Shown here: in pieces, positions 29,652-51,220 of the stretch
How the letters are laid out: every line of letters begins with the position of its first letter
How positions within the stretch are numbered: position 1 is the first letter of the stretch
Assembly: GCF_009914755.1 (NCBI RefSeq)
Contig: NC_060931.1
DNA length: 64,000 bases
Direction: 5' to 3' (one strand)
Source of the DNA: the human T2T-CHM13v2.0 reference genome, Homo sapiens
Made by a program: the position numbers and the translations under genes
The notes under the pieces: model-generated
What the model was told of the DNA's origin: nothing
Seen by the model: only the letters and a program-made list of their open reading frames with translations
Databases searched by the model: none

Positions 29652-30457
29652 GTTAAGTATACACATTAAAAAGTACTGGGCAACCACTAAAAAAATAAAA
29701 TAAAATAAAATAAAATAAAATAAAAATACATAACTTACAAACCAGTAGGGATGGGAGTAGATTTTTCTTCAAGTAATCCAAAACAAAATAGAAAGAAGGA
29801 TGAAGAAGAAGGTATAGAAGGTAGAAGAAGGAAAAAAGAAGAAAATGAAAAAGGCAAAATGATAGGAACAAGTTTAAATCTATTAGTAATCACAAAAAAA
29901 GATGAATTAAACTCAAATATATCCACGGCTAGACATTCATAAGAGATTTTCTCAAAATATAAAAATAAAGGTTAAAAATAAAGTAACTGAAAATGACTGA
30001 CCAAGAAAAGGTATCAGAATATTTATATGAGAAATAAAAATTTATAGAAAAAAAATCATTAATGGAAACAGAGATTTTACATTATAATAAAAGAAAAAAA
30101 GTCCTTCAAGGTATGACAATCATGCCAAGTCTTGAACTATCTAAAGCAAAAATTGACAAAATTATGCCAAAACATTATAAATCCCTAATCAGAGATTTCT
30201 ATACAACTCTGTCAGAAACAGATCAAATAGGTGAAAATATAAGTAAGGCTAAAGGATATTTTTAAAAATAATCAAATTACCAAGAATATATATGTATAAA
30301 TACGTTAAAATCTCTCTTGCCCTCTCTAGAGGACAAGAAAGATGAGAGAGAGAGAACTACAATCAACAAATACAGCAAATATACTGTTAAAGCACTCACA
30401 GAATATTTACAAAAACTGAGCAAATACTAAGATAGAAAATAAGTCTTTAAAAAATTC

Positions 30458-30742
30458 TGCCAGGCACAGTAGTGCAACCCTGTAATCAATCTCAGCACTT
30501 TGGGAGGCCACGGCAGGAGGATCACTCGACTCCAGGAGTTTGAGACCAGCCTGGGCAACATGGCAAGACCCACAACAAAAACACAAAAACTAGTTGGGCT
30601 TGGTGGCACGTACCTGTAGTCCCAGCTACTTGGGAGGCTGAAGAGGGAGGATCACTTGAGCCTAGGAGTTCCAGGCTGCAGTGAGCCGTGCTTGCACCCT
30701 GCCTGGGCAGCAGAGTAATACCCTATCTCAAAAAAAATAAAA
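30458..30742 (+). mobile_element. Alu (AluJ-like)
   Basis: Dimer with J-type ggaggatcacttgagcc. Confidence 0.92.
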
Positions 30743-31155
30743 AATCTAAGGAATCACAATTGTATGACCACAATGCAGAAACATCAGGAAACTCTAATAA
30801 TATAAAAATGCCACATATGTTCAGAAACACACTACCAAAAAATGACAATATAAACACAACAAAATACTGTATATGAAAGATTTCTTTAATGCAGCAATCA
30901 AATAGATATGTTTGAAGATGAAAGAATATTAATGAGCTGATCATTCAATATAAGATTATAGAAAAATAACAATAAAGCCTAAAAATACTAGGAAGGAAAC
31001 TTAGAAGATACAAGGAGAAAAAAAGATACAAATCAAGATACAAAACAACAGAGAAGGACAAATCCAAGAGTTAGTTATTGAAACAAATCATAAATCAGAC
31101 AAAGCTCGGGCAAAACTGCTCAAGAAAAAGAACATACAAATAAAAAACAAGAAGA

Positions 31156-31598
<443 letters not shown>

Positions 31599-31655
31599 TC
31601 AGATGAAATGTATATCTTTTAAATAAATTTAATAAATGATCAAAAATTTCATTTA

Positions 31656-32631
<976 letters not shown>

Positions 32632-33333
32632 CTTTCAAGAAACAGATCATTCCTGTCTCTCCCCGATGGTAGGAAAAGAACTACCCAATTTATTTTATAA
32701 GGCTAGTATAATATCATCTCCAAAGTCAGACAAAGACTGTGCAAGAACATACAGATACAGATGCAGATAAACTCCACTTACAAAATTAAATGTAAAAATC
32801 CTTAATAAATATTAGCAAATTAAACCTAACAACGTTTTTTAGAAATAATTTATTATCAAGAAGGGTTTATTCTAGGAATACAAGGATGTTTCTTCACTAG
32901 GAAATTGGTTAATGTAATCCATCACATTAATATATTACAGGAGAATAATTATATGATATCAATAGATGAGGATTTGATAACAATCAATATGTATTCATGT
33001 TTTATTTTTTAAAAAAAGCTCATAGCAAATTAAGAATATCAATAAATTTCCTTCACCTGATAAGCAGAATTCACCATGAACCAATAGCAAACATAATATA
33101 TGAGAAGCTATCCTGTTAAATTCAAAAACAAGGATGCCCACCATCACTCTTACTATTCAACATCATACTAGACATCCTAACCTCTACAATAAGAAAGATA
33201 CATTGAAAGAATAAGGATTGAAGAGACCAATTGCCCTTTTTACAGATATTATGATTGCCAACACTTAACATGTAAACAAATTATTAGAACAACATTGTTC
33301 AGCAAGATTACCGAGTGCAAAATTGACCTACAA

Positions 33334-34305
33334 TGTTGCGGGAAGTCAGGGATCCCAAACAGAGGGACTGGCTGGAGCCACAGCAGAGGAACATAAATTG
33401 TGGAAGATTTCATGGACATTTATCAGTTCCCAAATAATACTTTTATAATTTCTTATGCCTGTCTTTACTTTAATCTCTTAATCCTGTTAGCTTCGTAAGC
33501 TGAGGATGTACGTCACCTCAGGACAACTGTGAAAATTGTGTTAACTGTACAAATTGATTGTAAAACATGTGTGTTTGAACAATATGAAATCAGTGCACCT
33601 TGAAAAAGAACAGAATAACAGTGATTTTTAGGGAACAAGGAAAGACAACCGTAAGGTCTGACTGCCTGTGGGGTCAGGCAAAAAGAGCCACATTTTTCTT
33701 CTTGCAGAGAGCCTATAAATGGACGTGCAAGTAGGAGAGATATCACTAAATTCTTTTCCTAGCAAGGAATATTAATATTAATACCCTGGGAAAAGAATGC
33801 ATTCCTGGGGGGAGGTCTATAAACGGCCACTCTGGGAATGTCTGTCTTATGTGGTTGAGATAAGGACTGAGATACGCCCCGGTCTCCTGCAGCACCCTCA
33901 GGCTTACTAGGGTGGGGAAAAACTCTGCCCTGGTAAATTTGTGGTCAGACTGGTTCTCTGCTGTTGAGCCCTGTTTTCTGTTGTTTAAGATGTTTATCAA
34001 GACAATATGTGCACCGCTGAACATAGACCCTTATCAGTAGTTCTGCTTTTTGCCCTTTGAAGCATGTGATCTTTGTACCTACTCCCTGTTCTTACACCCC
34101 CTCCCCTTTTGAAACCCTTAATAAAAACTTGCTGGTCTGAGACTCAGGCAGATATCACGGTCCTACTGATATGTGATGTCACCCCCGGTGGCCCAGCTGT
34201 AAAATTCCTCTCTTTGTACTGTCTCTCTTTATTTCTCAGCCAGCCAACACTTATGAAAAATAGAAAGAACCTATGTTGAAATATTGGGGATGGGTTCCCC
34301 CAATA
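33334..34305 (+). mobile_element. MER11 solo LTR (HERV-K11/HML-8)
   Basis: TGTTGCGGGAAGTCAGGGA...GGTTCCCCCAATA; 6-bp TSD CTACAA/CAACAA. Confidence 0.9.
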
Positions 34306-34810
34306 CAACAATGAATATCATTCCTCATAAACCCACAGTAATCAACTAGATAATGAATTACAGTAAAACTCCTAATAACAAAAACAAAAACTATAAGGTA
34401 ACTAAAAATAAAGTAATATATGTGTAAGCTCTTTACAGACAAAATGATAAAATATTACTGAAGGATATAAAAGAAACCTGAATGAATGGAGATGATACCA
34501 TATTCACAGATAAGGAACTCAATATTATAAAGATGTCAGTCCTCTTCAATTTTATTATTTTGTTTGATGTAATTAAAGCAAAAGTTAAAAAGGATTTTAG
34601 TAGAACTTGAAAAAACAATATAAAATAAAGAACAGCAGCAGTTTAAGACTTGCCATGACAATTTCGGATATGAAAACAAGAAGGTAGGACTTGTTGTACC
34701 AGATGATGCGACTTATAAAGGGAATTAAACTGGTGAAGCACAGCAACAGACAGACAAACAAATGGAACAGAAAATGTGCCCTGTGCATAGGTGGGAACTT
34801 GGTATTTGAA

Positions 34811-35263
<453 letters not shown>

Positions 35264-35709
35264 ATATATGATTAAAGTGGAATTACAAACTAGTGGGGAA
35301 AATACTGAATTGTTCAACAAATGGCATTGAAATAACTAGTTTTCCATACTAAAACAACAACAACACAACAAAAAAAACCTTAGAATCCTCACCATATAGA
35401 AAGGTAGATTCTGGGTGAATTACATAACTAAATGTGGGAAAAAACTTTTAAAATTAAACAACACAAAAGGCACAAAATATTTTTAAAAAGATAAATCAAT
35501 TTGTCTTCATCAAAATAAAAAGTAAAATATGATATTTAAAATGAGTAATGATTGTTTCTCAATCGTTAGAGGCAAGATATCATTTGTAGTGTTTCACCAA
35601 ATTATCTTTATCTGGCTTAAAGACAGCTAGATTGAACCATAGGTTAAATTTCCAAAACTGTTGATTTCATTTCATATTCTTTATTTCTGCTAAACTTAAG
35701 AATCATAAC

Positions 35710-38620
<2,911 letters not shown>

Positions 38621-38924
38621 CTCTCTCTCAACTTGATCTCTATCATTAACTTCACACCTGATTTATCATCTTCTTGGGGAAAACGCATTTATAATAACTT
38701 TTGCTATTCCTGGAATATAGTAGCATCCACTCTTGGCCCCTGCCAACCATGTCTCTGCGCTACAGTCAGAGAAATGGAGGCTGCATTTCTGCCCAAACTT
38801 TCCATGAGATATTACTGGTTGTGACAATAAATTCTCCCTTTTGGGTTCCGCTACCCTCAGGTTAATTGTGTTACTTGCAGCACAGTTCATTCCTTGCGTG
38901 AGATGAATCTGCCTTAGCACATTT

Positions 38925-39240
38925 CTATGGAGAGAGAGGCATTGAAGATAGAGGAGAGAGAGCTAGGAGGAGGTTTGCTGAACCAGGAGCTAAAGTCAGG
39001 AGCTGGTGTGCATAGAAGCAACAGCATGACAGAGGGGTGACCTTTAAGAAAGAAAGGACAGTAGAGCGGAGGGAAGATGGAGTGTGGATGGGGAAAGACA
39101 GGGAGTCTTTTGATGGTGTGAGATGTTGAGGGAGCGGAGGCCAAAACCAGTTTAATCTGGTCATTGCTGTATCCCAGCATCTAGCACAATGTCTGGAGCA
39201 TGACATACACTGAAATGTTAGTTAAAGAAATGAAGGAGGT
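38925..39240. mobile_element. L2 fragments
   Basis: tgctgtatcccagcatctagcacaatgtctgg; purine-rich antisense L2-like block. Confidence 0.55.
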
Positions 39241-39479
39241 CAGGCCAAGTGGCTCCTTATTTTTTCTGACATAGAAGGCGAGGTCAAGCACTGCTTCCTG
39301 TGAGAGTAAGTGATGAGGGGGAGGGGGCTGGAGGAGGGTAGAGGGCTGGGGGCGTTGCTAGAGAGTCCCCTGCCCCATAATAATGCTTCCCCTGACGCTG
39401 ACTGCACATCTGTGTCCCTGCAGTAGAGGATCCCTTTCCAGGGCAGTTCTAGAAAAACATGGATGACTTTGACTTTGGC

Positions 39480-39785
39480 TTTTTTGTTTTTTTTTTTTTT
39501 GAGACAGAGTCTTGATCTGTCGCCCAGGCTGGAGTGGTGCAGCAGCGTGGTCTCAGCTCACTGCAACCTCTGCCACCCAGGTTCCAGTGATTCTCCTGCC
39601 TCAGCCCCCTGAGTAGCTGGGATTACAGGCATGCGCCACCATGCTCGGTTAATTTTTGTATTTTTACTACAGACAGGGTTTCACCATGTTGGTCAGGCTG
39701 GTGTAGAATTCCTGACCTCAGGTGATCCGCCTGCCTTGGCCTCCCAAAGTGCTGGGATTACAGGCATGAGCCAGCGCACCCAGCC
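39480..39785 (-). mobile_element. Alu (AluS-like), followed by an MLT1 fragment to ~39925
   Basis: Antisense dimer; tgattacatctgcaaagaccct...ggggtaggacttgaacat. Confidence 0.9.
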
Positions 39786-40019
39786 GCTCCTCCTCTTCCT
39801 ATAAGGATGTTAGTCTTATTAAAGCCCACTTAATCCAGTGTGACTCAACTTGATTACATCTGCAAAGACCCTCATTCTAACTAGGTCACACTCACAGGTA
39901 CTGGGGGTAGGACTTGAACATCCCTACATGGAAGGCCTGCCCTCTGCTGGGACATGCAGAACCAGCAGCGGAGTCTTGGATGTGGTGCCAAGAGCTAAAA
40001 GGTGCCAATTAAGTATGTT

Positions 40020-40075
40020 AATACGCTTGGGGCAGCATTCAGCTGCAGATCCAGAGATCTCTGGTTCAAAGTCAC
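40020..40075 (+). pseudogene. Decayed tRNA-Cys relic retaining the GCA anticodon
   Basis: 40034-40070 is 31/37 identical to nt 22-58 of the gene at 43584; acceptor stem lost. Confidence 0.75.
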
Positions 40076-41136
40076 ATCCACCTTGTTTACTTGCTATTTT
40101 TATTCACAAAAAGGTGGCTGACAAAGTAAAACTGAGCTAAGAGAGAGAATAAAAATTGCTCAGATAACACCGGGTGGGACTAAAGACAGCTATAAAGTCA
40201 ACAGGAAAGACCATCTCTCCCGGGCATAGCACAGCTCTAAAACGTCATGACAGTCTCCTTCTTTGAGAGATTACTATTTTCTTATTTGCTGAGAAACCTT
40301 GTTCTCTAAAATCATAGACTGTCAGAAACTTTGAAATATTATCAGGAAGAAAGAAACAGCCCACTTAAAAATTGTTTAAATTAATACAGCTCAAATTTAT
40401 TCTCATACAGTTCTGGAGACCTGGAATCCAAAATCTATTTCAGTGGTCCGAAATCAAGGTGTCAGTGGGGACATACTCCCTCCAAAGGCTCCAGAGGAGA
40501 ATTGTTTCCTTTCCTTTTCCAACCTCTAGAGCTGAAACAGTATACTTTTGCCTGAAGGACACAAGTTGCTTTGAGGCAGAGAAGCAGCCTCAACTTCTGA
40601 CTCATGTACAAAACTTCAGATAAGAGGCTTCTGGACACAGCATCTCATGTCTATTTCCCAGGCCCATGGTGCAGCCCACACCCAAGGCCCATCTCCACAG
40701 CCAAGGCCACAGCCTTGCTTTGCTTAGAGCCCGCTTCACTGAAATCTCCCCAAGCCTCCAGCCTTGCCCAAAAGCCTACCTGTTCCTTTGTTTGATGAAG
40801 CCCCCCAGGGTTCCTTGGTGCACACTCTCCCTCAGTGCAGAGGTGAATAAACTTGACTTAGTCTACTGTGATGCTAAGAGGCTGGGGCTGGCACAGTGAT
40901 GCGACATCACCACCTCATCTGCTGCTGGGCTGCATGAGTTTGGATGAAGACAGAGCCCCAAGCAATCTTCTGGTCCTGACCACTGCCCACCCCCAGCAAG
41001 GGCTCTGGGACTTTGCCCTGCTCAGTCCTCTACTGGGATTTAACTCTTTGTGATTTTTTTCCCCTCTTTTTCTCAAATAGACACGTACCCTTTCTTTAAC
41101 CTGTGTCCCTTTTTCTCTTTCCTTTCCCAGGCACTC

Positions 41137-41456
<320 letters not shown>

Positions 41457-41488
41457 CACGCATTTCTTCATCAAGGTGAGGTCTATTT

Positions 41489-41705
41489 CAGAGGTCAGGA
41501 AAAGATAGCCCACAGCCAAATCCTGTCTGCTTCCTGTTTTTGTAAATAAAGTTTTACTGAAATGCAGCCACACTCATTCATTTACTTATTGTCTATAGCT
41601 GTTCTCAAACAACAGCAGAGCTGAGCAGTCATGACAGAGGCCATCTGGGCCAGTGAGCCAAAACGGTTACTATCCAAGCTCCTGGAAGAAAAGTCTCCTC
41701 ACCCA
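41489..41705. mobile_element. MER58-like hAT MITE
   Basis: cctgtttttgtaaataaagttttactgaaatgcagccacactcattcatttac. Confidence 0.85.
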
Positions 41706-41882
41706 GCTCTGTCTTCACAACTCTGTCAATTCCATTCATTCCTCAGCTCGAGGCCAGCTGTCTTCCCTGCCCACATGCTACCTCTCTTCTATCAAAACTG
41801 CCTTCCAATGATAATACTCAGTTGCCAATAAATATATATAAACACTTAGACCAATGCCTGGCACAGAATATGCATTGCGTAA

Positions 41883-42215
<333 letters not shown>

Positions 42216-42410
42216 TAAAATTATTATTGTCCCCTTCCTCCCCCTTCATAGAACTCTCTTCTCCTCCCTTTGCTTTCAGGACACTGCTCCTTCCCCCTCA
42301 TCCTCCCGCCTGGCTGGCCACTCTTTCCTCTGCCTGTGTAAAACAAAACCCTCTTCTTCTCATTCCACAGTTCTTGCAGAAAAGTCACACTCAGGAAGTC
42401 CACACTCAAA

Positions 42411-42597
42411 CTCCGCCTCCTCCTCCCTCCTGTCTTCTCCCTTTCCTCTTACTCCTTCCCTCTCCTCTCCTTCCCCCCCTTTCTCTCCCTCCTCTTCCTC
42501 TTCCCTATTCTTTCCCTCTCCTCTACTTCTCTCTTCCCCTCCTCCCTCTCCTCCTCTCCTTCCTCCCTTGTCCCCTCCCCCTCCTCTTCTTCCCCCT
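42411..42597. repeat. Polypyrimidine (C/T) low-complexity tract
   Basis: Read directly. Confidence 0.9.
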
Positions 42598-42876
42598 AAG
42601 TGCTGCGTCAGTGATTGGCACTGCTAACTCTCCAAATCCCCAAACCAGACACCTAGGAGTGAACCCAGCCTGCCCTCAGCGGGACTGCCCCTGTATGCCA
42701 CCTGCAGAGGTAGCATCCGCACTCCTAGTGCCTAGCCAGGTCTGCTCTCCTTCAGCCCAGTTCCTCCTGTACTCACTCGTCCTCTGGAATGCCCCCATCT
42801 CCTGCCAGTTCCATTCCCTAAGCCTCAGCTCTCTGTATCCTATGCCCCTCCAAAATAAGGAGCCACTGAACTACAG

Positions 42877-42933
42877 CATAGTCAGAGGACAAGCAGCTTG
42901 CTATGGTCCGTGGTTTAAATTCTGGTGCCCGCC
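42877..42933 (+). pseudogene. tRNA-Cys relic (T-arm/acceptor half; anticodon arm lost)
   Basis: 42905-42930 GGTCCGTGGTTTAAATTCTGGTGCCC is 22/26 identical to GGTCCCTGGTTCAAATCCAGGTGCCC. Confidence 0.55.
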
Positions 42934-43583
42934 ATCTGCTCTGGCTGATCCCTGGGGCTGGGGCATGGAGTGTGAGGACTGGCTCCAGGGGTCCAGTTCA
43001 TGCACGAGTTCAAATCTTGGAGTTCCCCATTAGCTTTTCCTTGCAGAAAGTGCTTCCCATGTAGCACATTCCTGCTCTTCTAAGTCCATATTCTAGCCCC
43101 CTCCATGGTCTTGGATGTATATAAATCTATTCATATGGCTCTGTCTATAAAGTCTTTACCATTTTGAGCCAATAGAAGACAAGGACAAGAGAAGATAAGA
43201 GAGTCTCTTTTAGTAACAGGGTCCTGAACCCAAAGTCAGAAAGAGTAGACTGAATCTGTCAATAAGGAGTGTGTGTGCCTGGGAAGAACATTAATGTTGA
43301 ATCTCTGTTGTCAAACGTGCACTACGAAGGGCACAGATGAGTGACTCTGAAGGCCCTTCCAGCTATAAATGCCGGTGTCAGTCCTCTTCCTGAAAGTACA
43401 AGGAAGCTGCTACAGGAAGAGGAACTGTCACTTGTTTTGCATCAGGGAGATAAAATTGCAGTTAGGGAGGTTTGGCAGCTTTGAGGAGGCCCAGCTGGAA
43501 TGAGCATCTGTGGTAAAATTTTATAGGAATGTTGGGCATGACTGCACAGTTAAAAGGTCTTGCTTAGGCTTACACTTCCATCA

Positions 43584-43655
43584 GGGGGTATAGCTCAGGG
43601 GTAGAGCATTTGACTGCAGATCAAGAGGTCCCTGGTTCAAATCCAGGTGCCCCCT
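43584..43655 (+). tRNA. tRNA-Cys(GCA), canonical
   Basis: GGGGGTATAGCTCAGGGGTAGAGCATTTGACTGCAGATCAAGAGGTCCCTGGTTCAAATCCAGGTGCCCCCT; U73; T5 at 43668-43672. Confidence 0.97.
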
Positions 43656-43897
43656 GCTGTGTTCTTATTTTTACCCTCTGGAGCTGGTGTTGAAGATTCA
43701 GCACCCTTCTCCAATCCTAAATCTCAGGATACTGAGCCTCCCTAAATCTGTGAAAAAGCCAGTAGCAACTTTAAACCCTGTCACTGTCTCAGACTGATAA
43801 ATTCCTTCAACTTGGACTTTTTATTTCACTTACCAAAGGCTTTGTTCTACCTTGCCTGGTTTTGTTTCACTTTTTCTACACGTTTTCATGACCCCAA

Positions 43898-44092
43898 GTC
43901 AGTGAAGTGCAGGTAAATGTTTAACGACCAGCTCTGAAGGGGGTGATTTGTAGTGTTTTCCAGTTTCACAGAGTGAAAAATAATCCCACCATGGCAAATT
44001 TCAAGCTACAAATATGAGATGATGAACATGGAGTTGGGAAGGTGTGCTAACAAATGGCTGTCTGCTGCAAGCTAGCTCAAGCATAACACTGC
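43898..44092. mobile_element. MER63-like hAT element
   Basis: ggtaaatgtttaacgaccagctct...cccaccatggcaaatttcaagcta. Confidence 0.55.
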
Positions 44093-44922
44093 CCCAATCC
44101 ACCTTCCCGACAGAGGCCTGGGCTCTCTGGCCGTGCTCTATCTTCGCGATGCCTACTGACATGAGGGCAGTGGTTCTCACTCACCCATTCATCCATGGAA
44201 TCATTCATTCATTCGTCATCTGATTCCTTCTCAATGCCAGACACAGGAAAGACAGAGATAAGCAAGAACTGTCTGTGGTAAGCAAAATAGTCCGATGAAG
44301 AAATGATCCAAACAACGACAAGGACAGCTGAACAAAAAAAAGAAGGGGCGCTATTTTTAAATGAAATGTTCTATTACCATTAACATTCTCAACTAGATAA
44401 TCTAAAACGCCTCCTACCTCAAAACACCCAGAAATGAAAGACAAGATATAGTAAATATATATTCTTATATATAGCTGAGCTCTCATAACAGTAAAGGATA
44501 TCTCCGGGGTGGCAGTTGGGGATGAACTAAGACCCTGAGAGGTAATATGAGCTGATCCTGGGAATGCCTGTGGTGGTTGTGGTGAGCTAGCCAAGGTGCT
44601 TCAGTTTTCACAGCCATTTGGGTACAGGAGATTTGGCCTAAGACCTGAGTCTCCCTTCTCTTGTACCAAGTCAAACTCTTAGAGAGCCATAATATTAGTA
44701 AAAGCATAGGAAAAAAAAAAAAAGCATCCACTAGCATAAGAACACAAGACATCTTTCTCTTCCTAGGGAGGCAGAGGGCATCACCCCTGAGAATCCATAA
44801 CCATACATCTATCCTCACACTTGTTATGGCTTTGAATTTACACCACCTACATGGTTCAGAAATTCCTCAACCTGAAAGTTAACATACAAAGTACTCAGGC
44901 TAACAATGATTCTAGAGTATCC

Positions 44923-48185
<3,263 letters not shown>

Positions 48186-48369
48186 AGTTGCAGCCATTTT
48201 CACATGGAGGACTGGCCAGCACAATTTGCCTTTAGATTCATTTGGGAAAAGTGCCGACTAGTTCACCAAAAGTCAATTCACAGAATGACCAGATAGCCAA
48301 AAGCCAAATATGGTAAAAGCTAAACCACTGAATATCAACTTGCTAAACAACCAATCTGAATTATTGAAA

Positions 48370-48673
48370 TTTTTTTTTTTTTTTTTTGAGACAGGGTCTT
48401 GCTCTGTCACCCAGGCTGGAGTGCTGTGGTGTGATCTTGGCTCACTGCAACCCCCCTCTGCCTCCTGGGCTCAAGAGATTCTCCCACCTCAGCCTTCCAA
48501 GCAGCTGGGACTACAGGGGTACACCACTGCACCTGGCTAATTTTTGCATTTTTTGTAGAGATGGGGTTTCATCATGTTGCCTAGGCTGGTTTGGAACTCC
48601 CAGGCCCAAGCAATTCACCAGCCTTGGCCTCCCAAAGTGCTGGGATTACAGGTGTGAGCCACCGTGCCTGGCC
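48370..48673 (-). mobile_element. Alu (AluJ-like)
   Basis: Antisense dimer. Confidence 0.95.
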
Positions 48674-49071
48674 CCAGCCAAGGAATTTTTAAAGATGTGT
48701 TTCAGCTCCACTCCTGCCTTTGTCTGTGTCCAGAGCCATCCAATAAACCTGGTTCAGGACAGGTCTTCACAACTATTTTTTAACGCACACACACGGGCTG
48801 AGGTAAATACAGGTCTACAGGGTCAAAGGCGCAACTAAAATTTGGGGGATAGGGGTGCCAGGAAGTGTCTCCATAATTTAAATAATTGGCCATGCAGCAA
48901 ATTTCATGTTGGTGAACTGCTTTTAGCGACTGATGGTCCACAAATGGGGCAGGAAGCCTAGCCAGGAAGTGGACGTTTGAGTCAAAGAGGTGCCAAGAAT
49001 CTGCACAGCTTAAAACAAAGGTGCATCTTACTTGGATAGAGATTTCTTTCTACAGGTGTTTAAGTTTAAGG

Positions 49072-49432
49072 CAGGGGTCCCCAGTCCCTGGGCTATGGAC
49101 CAGTACCAGTCCTGGCCTGTTAGGAGCTGGGCAGTGCAGCAGGAGGTGAGCTGCGGGCAAGCCAGGGAAAGCTTTATCTGTAGTTACAGCCACTCCCCCT
49201 TGCTCGCATTACCCCTGAGCTCTGCCTCCTGTCAGATCTGCAGGTGCTGGATTCTCATAGGAGCCAGAACCCTGTTGTGAATGCGGGATCCAGGTTGCGG
49301 GCTCCTTAGGAGAATCTAATGCCTGGTGATCTGAGTTGGAACAGTTTCATCCCAAAACAACCCCCCTCCCAGTCCATGCAAAAATTCCCTTCCACAAAAC
49401 CGGGCTCTGGCCCAAAAGGTTGGGGACCCCTG
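49072..49432 (+). mobile_element. MER1B-like hAT MITE
   Basis: TIRs CAGGGGTCCCCA / TGGGGACCCCTG; 8-bp TSD gtttaagg/atttaggg. Confidence 0.88.
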
Positions 49433-49679
49433 ATTTAGGGGGTTTTAACGTTTAGGGATCCCAGGCCGGAGGGTGGGCGGTGGAGAGGAGCTGGGAGCAG
49501 GAACACATTACTGTAAGGAGCCCGCCTCACCTCGGCACGGAGGTGGGACCCGGCCTAAAGCCCAGGAGGCGACTTACCCTGAGGGCTGTGGCCTGTAGGG
49601 CTCTTGAAAAGTTGGACTTTTAAGTTTTCCCTTTCCGCGAGGTGGGGCCTTGTGATATCTTCAAATCCTTGTTCAGCAG

Positions 49680-51220
49680 GCTGCGCACACGCCGGTCCTG
49701 TGTCTAAGGTGTCTCGGGTATGACCGAGGGGGCTTTGCCCGAGTGGGCGTGCGCCTTTCCTCGGAGGCCGGGTCGAGGGGTTGTCGGCATCGTACCCGAG
49801 TCCGTGATCATGGCCGGCGCGGCTGCAAGGGCCAGCCCCGGGCGACTGGGCGAGGAATTCCCTTTCCTTCCCTCCGATATTGCCCAGGCAGAGCGCTGTC
49901 TGGGCCGCAAGGTCTGGACGGGGCTTCCAAACTCAGAGCAGAGTCTCCTCTGCGTGGGACCACAGCCTCCCCTTCCCCTCCAAGCTTCTGTCTGGCACAG
50001 CAGGCTTAGCCCCGCAGGCCCCCTTCCAGCAGCCTTCTATAAAAATGACGGGGTCCTTCTCCAGACAGGAAAACCAGGCTCGCTGCGCCTCGCCCGCACC
50101 CCCGGAGCGCTCTCGCAGCGCCCGCCCAGACCAGGCCTTCGAACTCGTGAAGCGCAGGGGGAGGCAGAGGAGAGTGGGCCGCGCTTCCTTCCCGCATCAC
50201 ACGTTTATTTGAGGCCTACTATGTGCCAGGAACAACTGGGGTTACCACCCCAGCAAACAGGCACGCAAAATGTGACACGAAGGTAGGTCATGGCTGCGGC
50301 GAGCGGGGGCTCGGGCGAAAGACGTGAGGATGTACGGGGGCCTGGCAGCTGCTCTGTCCCACCCACGCCCGGCCGGACCCTCGACCCCTTTCACTCCAGG
50401 TCGGGTTTCCCCGACCGCGGCCTCTGGGAAAGATGGGTCCCTCTTCATCCCCACCATCAGCCCCTGGCACATGGGACGCGCTGAGTGGTGGCTGCGGGAA
50501 TGAATGAGTGATAAGCGGCGCGTACCCGCGGGCTTGCACGCCCACAGCCGCCCCGGCTGGTCTCGGCGCGCAACCTCTACCCGCAGCTGGGGGCGGGGAC
50601 GAGGGGAGGGGGCGGGGACGAGGCCCGAGCCAGGTCCGCCCCGCCCTGTCTCCGCCCCCCGCTTCCGAGCCGGCGCCGCGGCGCCTTCTGGGAAGTGTAG
50701 TCCGCGTCTGCGCCGGCCGGCCGGGCCGCCGAAGCCGGGGGCTCCGGGCGGAAACGGCACCACCCACCAAGGGATGCGAGGCGCTCGGGGCGGGCTCAAC
50801 GAGGCCGGGGGCGGGCCCGGGCGCGCCCACCCCCGCCCCTCCCCCTCGGCCCAGGCCCCCGGCCCCGCCTTCTCCTGCGCGGACCTGGGCCGCCGCCGAC
50901 GAGGGTCGCGTGCGCCCGCGCCAGGGCCCGCGCCGGAAACCGAGGAGTGGCGGGGAGGCTGAGCCCGGGGATGGCGCGCCAGGTAAGGCAGGCGGACGCG
51001 CGGACCCCTCGGCGCAGTGCGGCCCCGAAGGCGGTAGGGCGAGAAAGAGCTGGGACCCCCCCGCAACTTCGGGATCGGCTGGGTGAGGCTGGGCAGGCCT
51101 GATGCTCAGGGGTTCGTGCCGGGAAGTTCAGGTCCTCGGACAACCTCTCTCCAGCTCTCCGCCGCCGGTACCCACGGCCCAGTCTCCACCTGGGGAAACC
51201 CCCTTGGCGTGGCTTGTTTC
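49680..51220 (+). promoter_or_regulatory. KRBA1: CpG-island promoter of KRBA1
   Basis: Dense CpG, GC boxes, ETS-like CGGAA motifs, no TATA, upstream of the KRAB exon. Confidence 0.92.
50971..50982 (+). CDS. KRBA1: KRBA1 coding exon 1 (MARQ)
   Basis: Strong Kozak GGGATGG; CAG|GTAAGG donor, phase 0, in frame with the KRAB exon. Confidence 0.8.

Noticed and set aside
42926-43030. CTCF-like core (cgccatctgct) and B-box-like gagttcaaatc
   Set aside because: Partial matches only; cannot be called without ChIP data
42227-43033. 268-aa Pro/Leu/Ser ORF
   Set aside because: Product of the polypyrimidine tract
49704-51143. Long ORFs on both strands (up to 274 aa) in the CpG island
   Set aside because: Stop-poor GC-rich sequence, Arg/Pro/Gly composition, no domain
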